DNA of 64,000 bases from Carpediemonas membranifera BICM (lineage: Eukaryota; Protista; Fornicata): positions 868,001-932,000 of the forward strand of contig JAHDYR010000012.1 of the NCBI GenBank assembly GCA_019828565.1, given 5' to 3'. The position numbers and the translations under genes are program-made. Under the pieces are notes generated by a model. The model made no database searches, was not told the origin of the DNA, and was given only the letters and a program-made list of their open reading frames with translations. Of this stretch, positions 23,284 through 35,824 are shown in pieces. The first letter of the stretch is position 1, and the number at the start of each line of letters is the position of its first letter.

Positions 23284-23915
23284 ACTGCCAAGGGCTCCCT
23301 CGGACTGGATCGACATCACACCCTACGCCTCAGAACTTCGAGAATGGCAAGAGCTGTTGTCCAGCCGTCCAAGCCGCCCCTTCGTGGAGCTGAAGAACAT
23401 GTGGCAGAACGACCAGACCCTCGAGCTGGTCATATCAACCGACGCCTCAGGCTCGGGCTGGGGCGTCCAGTGGGCAGCCACCACGCAGAGCAGCCACGGC
23501 TCCTTCAATGGCGCGCTAGCCAATCAGTCAATCAATGTGAAGGAGTTGGCAGCCGTACTCTTCGGCTCGCGCCTGGTGCCAACACAGCCTCAGACGAGAC
23601 GCCTGACCGTGTATTCCGACAACACCACGTGTGTCGCTTGGATCAACAAGGAGGGCAGCTCGAAGGCTCCGCCAATGGCCCTGCAGATCCTCCACTCCCT
23701 TTACCGCGAGATGAGCGCGAAGAGACTGCTCATCAGCGCCCATCACACTCCAGGTCATCTCAATCTAGCTGCAGACCGCCTATCTCGGGGGTTGCTCACA
23801 CCACCCCACGTCCTCGAGCAGATCCTGTCCAGCTGGGGTCCGGTGGACGTAGACGTAACTCCATACCCAGACCACAGTCTACTCCTCCCAGGGTTCGCTT
23901 CCACCTCCTGGCAAG

Positions 23916-26900
23916 TGTCACGGGGCTACTCATATATTTATGGTCTACGTACCATTCTTTGTAAATCACACACTCGTCAATCGTTTTGCCCTTAACTGGG
24001 TCAAAGTAATTACTTCCCGACTAAGATGGTAACGTTCGATCTAGAGATCAAAATGCCGCGGTTTTCCGCGGCGAACATCACGATAGAAGGAGTGGAGAAG
24101 TTTGAGAGAGAAGTGCGTGTAGCGATCGCCTCCAAGCACGATTACCCGGTTGCTCTATTGCTGCCGAGCGGGCTAGCGAAGGAACTCGAGAGCTCCAAGC
24201 CCGGATTGACCGCCGAAACGGCCACAAAGGAGGAAGTCTTTGATTTTCTCCGAGAGCTCGCTGCCCCCAAGTCGCTTCAGCAGCTTAAGAAGCATCTCCG
24301 CTCCATCGACTGTCCCACAAAGGACACCAGTGGTTATCGCACTCATCTTGCCGCCGTGCGCGATTATACGGATCGATTCAAGAGAGCCGCCGACTACGCT
24401 CAGCGCGTGGCCTCGAAGGAGCGCAAGGACGGACACCGTCGCCTGTACGGCACCAAGAAGACTAAGGTTCCAGTCCTCTCGGAGGACGGCGCCTCAGCAA
24501 CGGTCGTCGAAAAGGACGTCCCCTGGACCGCAGACGAAGTCGCGGCCAAGCGGGCCGAGGCCTTCGAAAAGACCGCATCCAAGATGTGCATGACGAGGCT
24601 TAAGCCCCAGATATTGTACGAGCGAGTAGAGATGGAACGTTCTCTGCTCCGCCCTAGCAAGCTTATCGACCTAATCGAGCTCATCAAGCTCGAGGCCGAA
24701 TGCCTTGACGACGAACCTCCCACTGAGGAGGTCACGGAAGGCAAGCGCAAGGCCCCAGTGGCCGACGCTCAACGTAACCTGCGGCACCCCCGTGGAGGCA
24801 GTGGCCAATCGGGTACCGCCCGTGTCGCTGAACCACAAGCCCAGACTCCCGCAGCCACGACGGCAACGCAGCCCAGCAAGCCGCGCAAGCCTTTCAGACC
24901 ATGCAGGATCTGCCAGGGTAGCCACTATGACTGGGAGTGCCCCCAGAAGAAGGGTCGCCACGATCAGGGCGGGCTGCGCCCGCACCCGAAGAAGGTCGAC
25001 CCCCGCTCGCGCGAGGCTAACTTGGCAGTCAGCGAAGAAGCCGTCGTCGTCCAGGCCATGATAAATGGCCATGAATACAACGTCTATGTCGACACTGGAG
25101 CATCGATCTCCTTCATTGGGAGCCAGGCTGTTTATGAGTTGATCCCAAAAGCCGACACGAAGATCATCCAGCTCGATAGCGAGTTAATGGTGAGAACAGC
25201 TAATGCTACAGTCCGGTGCTCTAGTGCCGTGAGAATGCAGCTGTGTATACCGTCCATCAGCGACTGGCCAGTAGAGTTCACAACTTTGTTCGTCATTCTC
25301 CCGGGCCTAAAGGATAAGGTCATCATGGGATGCAGCACGCTCCGAGAACTGGGACTCCTGAACGACGAAGAACTCCATATCAGATTTAAGCAGCCCGAAG
25401 AGGCAGAGAACGATACGGCCACGGAGCCCTTCACTCCAGAGTACATGGCCGCACTAGCAACGTCTGACAAGAGCGAACTGGAGAAGATCACGCTCGTTGA
25501 TGACGACGATGGGCGAATCAAAGCGCTGTGCGAAGAGTTCAGCGAGATCTTCGACAGAGAGCTGCCCAGAGAAGGCAGCGCCCTGCCAAGAGCACGAGTA
25601 CCGCTCGACGAGTCGGTGCCGTTCCACCGACACCTCAAAGCACGGCCCCTGAAGCCGGGTGTGAGAGAGCGGGTCCAAGAGGAACTAAGAAGTCTCGAGA
25701 GCAAGGGCCTGATCCAAGACGCCTCGGGGCCGTATGCCTCTCCGGTGGTAGCAGTCCTCACAGGACATAAGGGCTCGTCCAAGCTACGTCTGTGTGGAGA
25801 CTACTCGGAGATTAACAAGGCGACGGTCCGCGACCGATATCCGCTCCCCGACATCCGGTCCTTCATCACAGAAGCAGCAGGATCCACAAGATTCGGTTGC
25901 ATGGACCTCAGAGAGGGGTATCACCAGATACTGATGGAGCCAGAGGACATACCGAAGACGGCTATCATCACACCAGATGGCTACAAGGAGTACACCCGCC
26001 TGCCCTTCGGCCTCACCAACGCGCCCGCACATTTCCAGAGAGCCATGGATTCTGCCTTTGCTCCACTGAGACAGCGGGGCGTGAGTGCCTATCTCGACGA
26101 CATTCGAGTACACGCAGGGTCGACAGACGAGTTCATCGAGCGTCTTCGGGCGTCCTTCGAGACTTGTCGTCAATATAGACTCCGACTGAAAGCCGAGAAG
26201 TGCATCTTCGGGGCCCGGTCCGTTGAGATTGTGGGCTATATATGCGACAAGGATGGATACAGACTGTCTCACCAACGTGTAGAAGCAGTTAAGAACATCA
26301 GACGTCCCAGAACACTGAAAGAGCTGCAGACAACGCTCGGATCGTTTAACTACGTCTCAAAGTTTGTGCACGACTCCTCTCGGATGCTTCGACCACTTCA
26401 GAACCTTAAGAAAGGTGGCAATAGGGACATTGAAGGTCGCTGGGATGCACGCTGCCAAGAAGCGTTCGACAACTTCAAGGAGAAGCTCTCGGCGACAACA
26501 AGCTTAGCCTTCCCGGACCTGACCAAGAAGTGGACGCTTCACACCGACGCCTCCAACGAAGGGTTCGGAGGTATGCTCACACAACGATCAGAGGACGGAG
26601 CCGAAGAGCTCGTCAGCCTCTTCTCGGGCACATTTACCGAGACGCAAAGCAGATGGAGCACATATGAGCAGGAGCTCTACGCTATCCTGTACGCCGTGAC
26701 GCGCCCGGACCTGACGGCCCTGTTCAAGATCCATCCGCACTTTAAGGTCATGTCGGATCACCGCAACCTAGTTTACCTCAATAACAAGAAGTATGTGAAC
26801 GACAAGATCCTAAGGTGGTCCTTGATACTTTCGGATTACCATTTTACCGTTTCACACGTCGCAGGATCGTCCAACGTTGTGGCTGATCATCTTTCCAGAA

Positions 26901-28432
26901 TATCCAACACATTGCTGGTTGCTTTGGAGAATACAGCCAATAGCTTCACACAACTGATCAAAGACACGCAAGAACGTGACTTCTCAGACGAGGAGCGCGA
27001 ACAGTACAAGAACATTCAGCACGACGGGATAATCACGGTGGAAGGTATTCCCGTGATCCCGCAGGCCTCGGCAGAGCTTAAGCGACGTATACTGAAGCAC
27101 GCTCATCGCTGGCATGAAGGCCGAGACAAGACAATACAGAAGGCCAAGGAGATTGGCATTTGGGCCGGCCTGGCGAGTGACGCTAGCAACACCGTCAAGA
27201 CGTGCCCCGTCTGCGCAAAGACGCGGATTAGACAATACATCCAGGACAACAAGATCTTCAGAACCACGAGCACGACGCCCTGGAGGTCCATCGCGATCGA
27301 CACGATCGGTCCGATTAGCATGGACTCCGAAGGCAACCGATACATCTATGTCATCACCGACTTATGCACACGGTACACCGAGCTTATGCCATCACACGCC
27401 AACGACGCAGAGAGCGCCACCAAGGCCCTGTGGCAGAGTGTCCTGAGACACGGTATCCCGCAGTATATCAAGTCCGACAACGGCGTCGAATACACCAACA
27501 AGCTCGTGGAGGGCCTAGTAGAGACACTTAAGACCCACCACCAATATACCCTCCCCTACAGCCCGGAGTCCAACGGAGTTGTTGAACGTCGCAACGGAGA
27601 GGTCATGAGACACATTCGATGGATGGTGTTGGCAATGGACAGTTTTGATCATTGGTCTCACGTCTTGCCGCTAGCACAACACATTTTGAACAACACTACG
27701 CACTCAGATACGGGATTCTCCCCCAATGAGCTCATCTATGGCCGGCGCAACGACATCGGCCGGGTTCAGCTAGGCGACGTGATGACGTCGAATGAGCCGG
27801 AGGGGGAGGTAAGGAATGCCGCGGACTACCTGAGAGCGCTTCGTGATCTGCAACAGCTCGCTGACGAGACATTAGTTGACGAGGGCTCAGAGGACTTCCG
27901 CAAGTTCAAGGAAGAGGTCATCGAGCCTGGAATGCTGGTTTTCAAGAGACCAGTGACGAAGAACAAGCTACACGGACTGCTTGGGCCCTACAAGGTCCTG
28001 GCCCAGAAAGGTAAGGCCGTGGAACTCGAGTCGGTCCTTGAACAACGCAGAGAGGTTGTCCACAGGTCCAAGCTCGCACCGTGCCCGGCTATAGAGCTGA
28101 CTCAAGCCCGACAGATGCGGGCGTCAGACGACGAGTTATACGTCGCTGAAGAGATTGTCAAGCATCGCGCGAGGACGCACGAGCTGCTGATCAGATGGGA
28201 GGGCTATAAGATCCCCACCTGGGAGAAGTACTCCACAGCTAACAAGCACCTGGGCATCGTCCAGGACTACCTCCGTCGGCATCGCCTACGATGGCGCCCC
28301 GTTCAGTTTGAGAACAATCCCTGAGAAGGAGAGAGGGGGTAGGATGTCACGGGGCTACTCATATATTTATGGTCTACGTACCATTCTTTGTAAATCACAC
28401 ACTCGTCAATCGTTTTGCCCTTAACTGGGTCA
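23916..28432 (+). mobile_element. Gypsy chromovirus E4, full length 4517 bp, intact
   Basis: Identical 88-bp LTRs 23916-24003 and 28345-28432, TSD CAAG, PPT GAAGGAGAGAGGGGGTAGGA. Confidence 0.97.
24026..28324 (+). CDS. E4 single-ORF Gag-Pol (1432 aa) with chromodomain
   Basis: CRICQGSHYDWEC, VDTGA, YLDD, HTDAS, DTIGP/SDNG/VER, GPY, YVAEEIV...IRWEGY...TWE. Confidence 0.96.
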   Translation: MVTFDLEIKMPRFSAANITIEGVEKFEREVRVAIASKHDYPVALLLPSGLAKELESSKPGLTAETATKEEVFDFLRELAAPKSLQQLKKHLRSIDCPTKDTSGYRTHLAAVRDYTDRFKRAADYAQRVASKERKDGHRRLYGTKKTKVPVLSEDGASATVVEKDVPWTADEVAAKRAEAFEKTASKMCMTRLKPQILYERVEMERSLLRPSKLIDLIELIKLEAECLDDEPPTEEVTEGKRKAPVADAQRNLRHPRGGSGQSGTARVAEPQAQTPAATTATQPSKPRKPFRPCRICQGSHYDWECPQKKGRHDQGGLRPHPKKVDPRSREANLAVSEEAVVVQAMINGHEYNVYVDTGASISFIGSQAVYELIPKADTKIIQLDSELMVRTANATVRCSSAVRMQLCIPSISDWPVEFTTLFVILPGLKDKVIMGCSTLRELGLLNDEELHIRFKQPEEAENDTATEPFTPEYMAALATSDKSELEKITLVDDDDGRIKALCEEFSEIFDRELPREGSALPRARVPLDESVPFHRHLKARPLKPGVRERVQEELRSLESKGLIQDASGPYASPVVAVLTGHKGSSKLRLCGDYSEINKATVRDRYPLPDIRSFITEAAGSTRFGCMDLREGYHQILMEPEDIPKTAIITPDGYKEYTRLPFGLTNAPAHFQRAMDSAFAPLRQRGVSAYLDDIRVHAGSTDEFIERLRASFETCRQYRLRLKAEKCIFGARSVEIVGYICDKDGYRLSHQRVEAVKNIRRPRTLKELQTTLGSFNYVSKFVHDSSRMLRPLQNLKKGGNRDIEGRWDARCQEAFDNFKEKLSATTSLAFPDLTKKWTLHTDASNEGFGGMLTQRSEDGAEELVSLFSGTFTETQSRWSTYEQELYAILYAVTRPDLTALFKIHPHFKVMSDHRNLVYLNNKKYVNDKILRWSLILSDYHFTVSHVAGSSNVVADHLSRISNTLLVALENTANSFTQLIKDTQERDFSDEEREQYKNIQHDGIITVEGIPVIPQASAELKRRILKHAHRWHEGRDKTIQKAKEIGIWAGLASDASNTVKTCPVCAKTRIRQYIQDNKIFRTTSTTPWRSIAIDTIGPISMDSEGNRYIYVITDLCTRYTELMPSHANDAESATKALWQSVLRHGIPQYIKSDNGVEYTNKLVEGLVETLKTHHQYTLPYSPESNGVVERRNGEVMRHIRWMVLAMDSFDHWSHVLPLAQHILNNTTHSDTGFSPNELIYGRRNDIGRVQLGDVMTSNEPEGEVRNAADYLRALRDLQQLADETLVDEGSEDFRKFKEEVIEPGMLVFKRPVTKNKLHGLLGPYKVLAQKGKAVELESVLEQRREVVHRSKLAPCPAIELTQARQMRASDDELYVAEEIVKHRARTHELLIRWEGYKIPTWEKYSTANKHLGIVQDYLRRHRLRWRPVQFENNP

Positions 28433-31400
28433 CAAGACGGGATGGACCGGGACTGGCGCGGACACCGGATCTATGCGGCACCACCCCCGTCGCCGATGAT
28501 ACTGGGTCGGGTCTGTCGAGTCCTGAATTCGATCCTCGCGACCCGGACTACATCCCCTCCGTCAACCTGGACCTCAGCCGTCTTCCTCGTCGTCCCAGAC
28601 ATCACATCGCCCGAGCTCCGACTCCTCAAATCACAGGCAACTTGCAAGATCGCCTTCTCCATCCCCAGGAGCGACTTCGCGTCCGACAACCTCCCTCTCG
28701 TAGAGCGCCTGGCCAAGCCGAACGGGAATATCCGCTTCATGGCCCTCGCCTTCCAGACCTGTTCACCAGCATCGTCAACCACCCAATACTCGCTCACATG
28801 CGCAGACACGAGACGCGCCGAGCAGTAGCCGGCTGGATCACCGCTTTTATAGAGTTTCGAGGCCAGGACTTAGACGACACCGAAGTATACCGAGCCTTCC
28901 TCGAGGAGGAGGCAGAGCATAACGCCCCAGCCACTGTAGAGCGCAAGGGCTACTGGATAGAGCGAGCCGCGCCCCTGTTCTCCGACTGGCTTCCCAGTCC
29001 TTACTGCTCTCAGATTCGACGCGGCATCGCCGCCCACGCCCTCGACGGACGGCATGACAGGTGGCTCGGCGCCCATACTCAAGGAGGACATGCTGCGCGC
29101 AATCACTCGTCGGAACGACAGCGTCTCGGCTTACCAGGCGACCCTGTTCGCCGCGATCGCATACCTAACAGTCAGCCGTGGGGCAGAGATATTCCGCCTC
29201 ACTCCTCACGACATCGTCTTCAAAGCCAACGGAGACGTCCAACTCCTCATCGGCCAGACCAAGACTCAGACTAAGGTGTCAAAATCCCTGCCGAACGTCT
29301 TACTGGGTCCCTTCAACCCCGCATTCGCGCTGAAGAGATGGGTTCTCGGCCTCCGCTTGCCGCCAGATGTCGGCATCTGGAGAGTCATCACCTCCGACCG
29401 TACAATCAGCCGACGGAAGGCGGCCTCCATGCGGTACATGCGAGATGAGCTCCGGAGGACGTTCAACGACGACCGCGTTGGCCTCCACAGCTTCCGCAAG
29501 GGGGCCGCCTCCGAGTTAGCCCTCGCCGGGACACCCCTCGAGACCCTGCTACAGCTGGGCACATGGGCCAATGGCAACTCACTCCGCCCCTACATCGGCG
29601 AGGCCATCAGAAATCATCCGTCGCAGTTAAGAAAAACTGCTGAGACACTGTTCTCATCCCATTAAACACCATCGCACCGAGGATCGTCATGGCGACGTCC
29701 GGTGAGCCGAGGCGGCAAGGAGCCGCTGGCACAGAAGCTTGCATAGTGCAGCTAACTCCCTGAGGAGGACGGGATTGGTCGGTTTCCCATTTGGATATGA
29801 GTTAGGATGCTAGGATACTCTAGCGAGCAGCACTCGACCAGGGCACCCGGGGTGCTGAGGGTCGGAGGGTCCCGCGGGGAGCGCGGGCCGGAGACTATTG
29901 ATCGTTGGATTGATTCGACCAGATGTGCAGGATATGGCAGAATTCGAAAGATGCCCGAAGAAGACACGGGCACGCCCAAGGCAGAGGGTCCCGAACGACG
30001 GACCTGCTTCGTCTCGCGAGGAACGCGGGAAACGAAAGAAGACGCTGAATATTTACGCGGAGAGACAGGAAATCCGAGTAAATATTATTCCCCCCATTTG
30101 GATATGAGTTAGGATGCTAGGATACTCTAGCCGCAGTCACAAAATGTTCTCTACCGGCACTCGAACTCGCACCTCGTGGACCACATGGGTCACAGTTGAC
30201 ACCCGGGAGTGTCGGGTCGTGCTGCCTGATCCGATTCGATCGGATTCGATGGGCGCGCAAATTTCAAGGATCGTCTCGATCCTCTTCAGAAGAACGAGAA
30301 TGGCTGATCCGGCCGAAGAAAACGAGCCGGGAGCGAGAACCCGCAGGCGATGCCTGTTCAGCGCGCAGGAGCGACGCTGTGAGAAACTTCAGCATTGGAA
30401 TAAATTTCTCACCCCCCCCTCTGGGTTGGTGATTATATGTTAGTTGGCCATGTTATATGGCATGCGAACTCGCACCTCATGCGTGGTTGGCAAATGATAC
30501 TAACCACTGAGCAATATTCAATTCTCGGCCGGGTCATTCGTGTTGGTATGCGTGGCAAACAGCATACGTCGCAGGTGAATGTAGGTCCAGGGGCGGAGTC
30601 CGCGGGGGGTCGCAGGGGGCAGAGAGAGTGACGGAGGCGTAGAGAGGTGTAGCGTAGCGGAGGGCGGGAGGAGCGTAGCGACGAGCGCCCGGAGCGGAGC
30701 GAAGCCGAACGAAGCCGGAGGAACGAACGGAGCCCCCCCGTCTTCAATTCCGGGGGGCAGAGGGAGGCGCAGCCGACCGTGGCCCCGTTAGTCGGTGTTG
30801 AAATGAAAACGCAGTTTATGTCAATCGAAGTTTCGATTTTTTCGGAATGGTATTTAATATGCAAGTAAAAAAATCGAAACTTGCAGTTTATGTCAATGCC
30901 GAGTTCAGTCAAACTTCAAACGATTCTTGGCGTGGAAGGTGCTACGCTTGCTTCTCTTAGCGTTGTGTTGTCCTCTCATGCTCTTCGGTGTCTCCTCCTC
31001 GCTGTCGGAGTACGTGATGAGGGTCTTGGATGACCTTGGGTGACTCATCGTTCGACGTGGTGTAGCTTCTCTGAGAGGTGATGGGGATGGGGCTGCTCTC
31101 GTAGAGCGCTGCGGGAGGATACGGCGTGGTGGTGTCGTCCGCAGACGCTTCGGGGGCACGTAGCCTTGCGACGACGGTGAGGCAGAGGGCGAGCTGATTG
31201 ATATGCTCTCGATGTCGTGCACAAGAGGAGACGTGGGCCGAGGGGCGGGTGCCTGCTTGGCCCGAGCTTGACGTCTCATGGCTATGCGTTGGCGGGTAAC
31301 GTGTGCAGGCGGCGGCGGCTCGTCCTCGTCTGTGATCTCGATGGGGTTGAGTGCAGTCTCTCTGGCGGCTGCTGAGTGGTCGACGTGCTCGCGCTGGTGT

Positions 31401-31880
31401 TCAATCCCGTCTTCGGGGAAGACGCACATGAAGTGTACACCTTCGTGGTGGCGGATGCCGGTGGCGAGAATTGTATTGTCGTCGTTGACGACGTCCTGGC
31501 AGATGGAAACACGACGGTCGGGGTCATCGTCCGCTGGCTTGATGGTGTACTCGATTGTCCTGTCGTTCTGGTACAGAATCAGAGAGTCATTCTTGATGCC
31601 GCACTCGTGACAGTAGAATGCCCACACGGTGGGGATGTTCAGGAACGTTCCGTCGAAAGTGATTCTGTGAACAGCCTCAGGGTTAAGGCCGAGGTGTATG
31701 AGAGAGTGTGTCTCTCTGTAGTCAGTGCAGTACTGCCTGAAGCGCTGCTGTGGTGAGGCGCAGTTTAAGGTTTTGGTTTTTGACCATTTTCACCACTGCG
31801 GTTTCCAGGAGTAAATCAGTTCTCATCCATTAATTGGAAAGTTCCCTTCAAGGCCAAACCAAGCACAGTATCGATACTAC

Positions 31881-34800
31881 ATGCAGTCTTTTGGCATCAC
31901 CATCCCGTATTTGCGATCGCTTACGCGTTCTGCCTTCTTCACCTTCCAGGACGACGTCGATCACTACCAAGTTCAAGCGAGAGCCCTCAATCTCCAACTA
32001 CCTCCCCTTGCAACCTTCCTTAGCCCATCTGTCACGCGCCTCGTGCGCCTCCGCGTCCCTATCGACGATATCCCCGACGGCGACCTCTTCGACACTATCG
32101 CGACCGAGTTCTTCAAGTTTCATACACAAGTTGAAGCTTACCAGTCTATCCAGCGCCTCCGCCTGCGCTCCCTCGAGCCGCCGGCCCTCTTAGCCCACAT
32201 AGACACTTACCATAAGACCCTCGCGCTATGTGATGATAACACTCGCCCCATCGATCAACAGACGCGGAAGCTCTTCACTGCCTCGCTCCCCTCGGCCCTC
32301 AAGACTCGCCTCAAGATCGTTAGCCCCGAGACCTTCGCTGAGGCCTGTGAGGCGGCCATCACAGAGCTCGATGACATAGTCTCCATCCGCGCGCAGAGCG
32401 AATCTTTCCGCGACGAGCCCCGCCTCGACATGCCGCCCCGGCGCCCTCCGCCCATCAAGGCCAAGGCTGAGCCGACCGCCCCTACCGTCGATCGCCGGCC
32501 GAAGTCGGAGCTCATCTGCCACGGTTGTGGCCTCACAGGTCATGTACGGCCCGAGTGCCCTCACCGGGATCACCCCGGCTTCTTCGCGCATGGCATCCGT
32601 CGCCAAGCGCTCAACCTCACTGCTAAGTTGGCCGCCCACACCAACAACAGCAGCCCTCATGTGAGCCTCCATTTCTCTGACCACGTCCCTCGCACCGCCT
32701 TGCTTGATACCGGTGCCAGCCTTAACTTCATCCCTCCAGCGCTTGCCGAGGAGATGCACCTGCGTCTCTTCGAGGCCCACGTCCCGCTCGAGACGGCCAA
32801 CGGCACTATTACCGCGGAGTATACGACCCGTCCCGTGACTATCACACTGCAGCTCGAGCGCCCAGTGGAGGTCACGGCGGAGTTCTTCGTCCTCCCTTCC
32901 GCCGGAGAGCTAATCATCGGCGTGCCCACGATACGCGCCGTGGGTTTGTTGCCCGACCTGCTCGCCCCGCGCGCCGAGGCAGAGTTCGTTGAGGCCACCC
33001 CGGTGCCCCTGCCTGACGATCGTGCACCAGCCGAGATCGCTCATCCGCTGATCCAGGACTACCCGGACCTGTTCGCTTCTGAACTGCCTGGTGTCATCGG
33101 TGTTGAGCCTTTCCACATTGACCTATCCGACACCGACGTCGCCCCGTTTCCACCGCGCCGTATGTCGCCCGCCCTAGCTGAGGCCGTCAAGGCAGAGGTA
33201 GATGGGCTCCTCGCCAGAGGCATTATCCAACCCTCGACCTCGCCTTTTCGCCTCCCCCGCCTTCACAGTGCCGAAGCGCGGGGGCAAGCGTCGCATGGTA
33301 ATTGACTACCGGCGCCTGAACGAGAAAACGGTCCCCCTGCAGTACCCGCTAAGCAACCCGGCTGAGCTGCATCGTAGGCTCGCCGGCCATAACTACTACA
33401 CGACGATTGACCTGGTCAGCGGATATCACCAGGTTCCGGTGGACCCGGCCTCCCGTCCTCTCACGGCATTCGCGACGCCCGCTGGCCTGTTTGAGTTCTG
33501 CCGTCTCCCTTTCGGTCTACGTTGTGCCCCTGCCTTTTTCCAACGTATGATGATGTCTGTGCTCAACGGACTCGTCGGTCGCATCTGTGAGGTATACCTA
33601 GACGACGTGATCATCCATGGGGACACCCAGGAAGAGCTGGATCGCAACACGCGCGCCGTATTCGACCGCCTTCAGCAACACCAGTTCCGTCTGGGTCGTG
33701 ACAAGTTCCAGTTCGCGAAGACCGAGGTAGAGTACGTGGGACACCTCATCTCGAAGAAAGGCATCCGCACATCACCGGAGCGCGTCGCTGCTATCGTCGC
33801 GATGAAGCCCCCTTCGTCGGTCGCGGCGGTGCGCTCATTCACGGGTATGACTAACTACCTGCGGGAATTTATTCCGAACTACGCATCGGTCCTGGCGCCC
33901 ATCGTCGACCTCACCAAGGCAAAAGTGCCGTTCGTCTGGGGCAAAGCCCAACAGCAGGCCTTCGAGGAAGTGAAGCGCCTCATCATGCGCCGACCGATCC
34001 TCGCGTACCCCGACTACTCCCGGACGCTCATCGTGCGTACCGACGCCTCCACCGCCGGTTGCGGCGGTGTTCTCCTGCAGGAGAAGGACGGTGAGGAACA
34101 AGTCATCGCCTACACCTCCCACCGTTTCACTGAGGCCGAGCAACGCTGGAGCACCATCGAACAGGAGCTCTTTGGCGTGTTCCATGCCATCATCAGCTTC
34201 GAGCATTTCATCCTAGGGCACCCCTTCGTTGTCGAGACGGACCATCGGAATTTGACCTATCTTGAGTCCACCACTACGCCTAAGCTCGTCCGCTGGCGCC
34301 TTCGCCTCTCCGAATACGACTTCACGGTCCGTCACATCGCCGGAGTCAACAACGAGGTGGCCGATTGCCTTTCCAGATGCCTGACGATTCGCTCACAGCG
34401 CGTGGCATCCCCGGTGGACATTACCCACCAGGTACGGCAGCTTTTTGGCAAGTGCCACAACGCCCGTGTTGGACACATGGGCACCCGCATCACGACGGAT
34501 CGGATCGCCGCCCAGCTACCTTCGTTTGCCCGCAAGGCGATCGAGAAACACGTCAAGCCCCTAGTCCGTACATGCCCGGTGTGCCAGCTCACGCGACAGC
34601 GCGCCAAGGTCAGTGTAGACCTCCCTCGCCAGCCCACAATGGCACCGTACCCCATGCACACCTGGGCCGTGGACTTTATTGGCCCGTTCCCGGAAGAACA
34701 CGGTTTCCGTCACATCCTAGCCGCCGTTGACTGCTTCTCCCGGTTCGTGGAGCTAGTTCCCACGCCCGATTGCACCGCGCAGTCAGCGGTCACGGCCATC

Positions 34801-35679
34801 ATGCAACTGGTGGGCCGCTACGGATGCCCGGCACACATTCGCTCTGATCAGGGCCCCCACTTTACCGCCCACCTGTTTGCTCAGCTCTCGCGCATCCTGA
34901 ACATTCAGCACGACTTTACGCTCCCGTACCATCACCAGTATAACGGCATCATCGAGCGCCGCAACAAGGAAGTGAACCGCCACCTCCGCGCCGCCATGAA
35001 CGAGCTGACCGATGATTTAGCCGACTGGGTTGCCTGTCTCCCGCTTGTACAGCGCACTCTGAACTGCACGCCGTGTGCAGCCACCGGCAACATACCCCCG
35101 GCCAACATCATGTTCGGTAACCTCACCGACACGGACCGAGTACTGCTACACAACCCGGTGGAGGGGGTGGGCGACGTCGCATTGTACTACGACAACCTGC
35201 TTGAGGCACAGAGACAGCTTGTCAAGGCCGTGCCAGTTCCTAAGCCACGTCCGGTCACCCAGACCACTTTCACTGTCGGCCAAGCTGTTGTGGTCACCAG
35301 GCCCGACAATGCCCGTGGCCCCTCTCGTCTGAGCCCCATCTATATGGGCCCCTACACCGTAGCCTCCCTCGACGGCACACTCGCCACCCTCACGAATCTT
35401 CGAACTCGTGCCGAAGAGACGTATGATCTCCGCCGCCTCGTTCCCTTCCTCGGCGACTACACCCCCGACGACCTCACCGCCTTCGCTGCCGCCGGTGAGC
35501 AAGAATACACCGTCGAAGACATCATCGACCACCGCTCTGGTCGTACCAAGACCCGTTTCCGTTTCCGTGTCCGCTGGGCCGGCTACGGTCCCGATGACGA
35601 CACCTGGCTTCCCTATGCCGAGGTCCGTGACCTCGAAGCCCTCGACCGGTACTTGTCGAAGACCGGCATTCAGCTGTAA
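31881..35679 (+). CDS. E5 unit 1 Gag-Pol with chromodomain (extra T near 33245)
   Basis: CHGCGLTGHVRPEC, LDTGA, YLDD, TDAS, DFIGP/SDQG/IER, YTVEDI...VRWAGY...DTW; consensus of the units gives one ORF of about 1265 aa. Confidence 0.92.
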
Positions 35680-35824
35680 TAGAGAGGGTAGTGTGGTGAG
35701 GCGCAGTTTAAGGTTTTGGTTTTTGACCATTTTCACCACTGCGGTTTCCAGGGAGTAAATCAGTTCTCATCCATTAATTGGAAAGTTCCCTTCAAGGCCA
35801 AACCAAGCACAGTATCGATACTAC

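Larger units (their letters stand above)
17457..29665 (+). pseudogene. PAT-like unit 2 coding region disrupted by E3 and E4
   Basis: Near-identical to unit 1; split at 18853/23284 and 23915/28433. Confidence 0.88.
13792..30131 (+). mobile_element. PAT/DIRS-like tyrosine-recombinase retrotransposon, tandem dimer (unit 1 13792-17330; unit 2 17331-30131 with two Gypsy insertions)
   Basis: Split direct repeats A (155 bp: 13792-13946, 17331-17485, 29825-29979) and B (39 bp: 17292-17330, 29786-29824, 30093-30131); RT, RNase H, MT and YR domains; inserted at GACTCGTC^CGCAGTC without TSD (empty site near 45873 and 50796). Confidence 0.92.
13168..31748 (-). mobile_element. Helitron-like copy D (13168-13791 + 30132-31748), interrupted by the PAT-like dimer and cut by E5
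   Basis: Collinear with the uninterrupted copies starting at 45253 and 50174; includes the 3' part of the OTU-like gene (30905-31748). Confidence 0.88.

Noticed and set aside
23916-24015. Tf1-type self-priming via the transcript 5' end
   Set aside because: The PBS-position sequences have no extended complement inside their own LTRs (checked by eye for E2, E3, E4 and E6)
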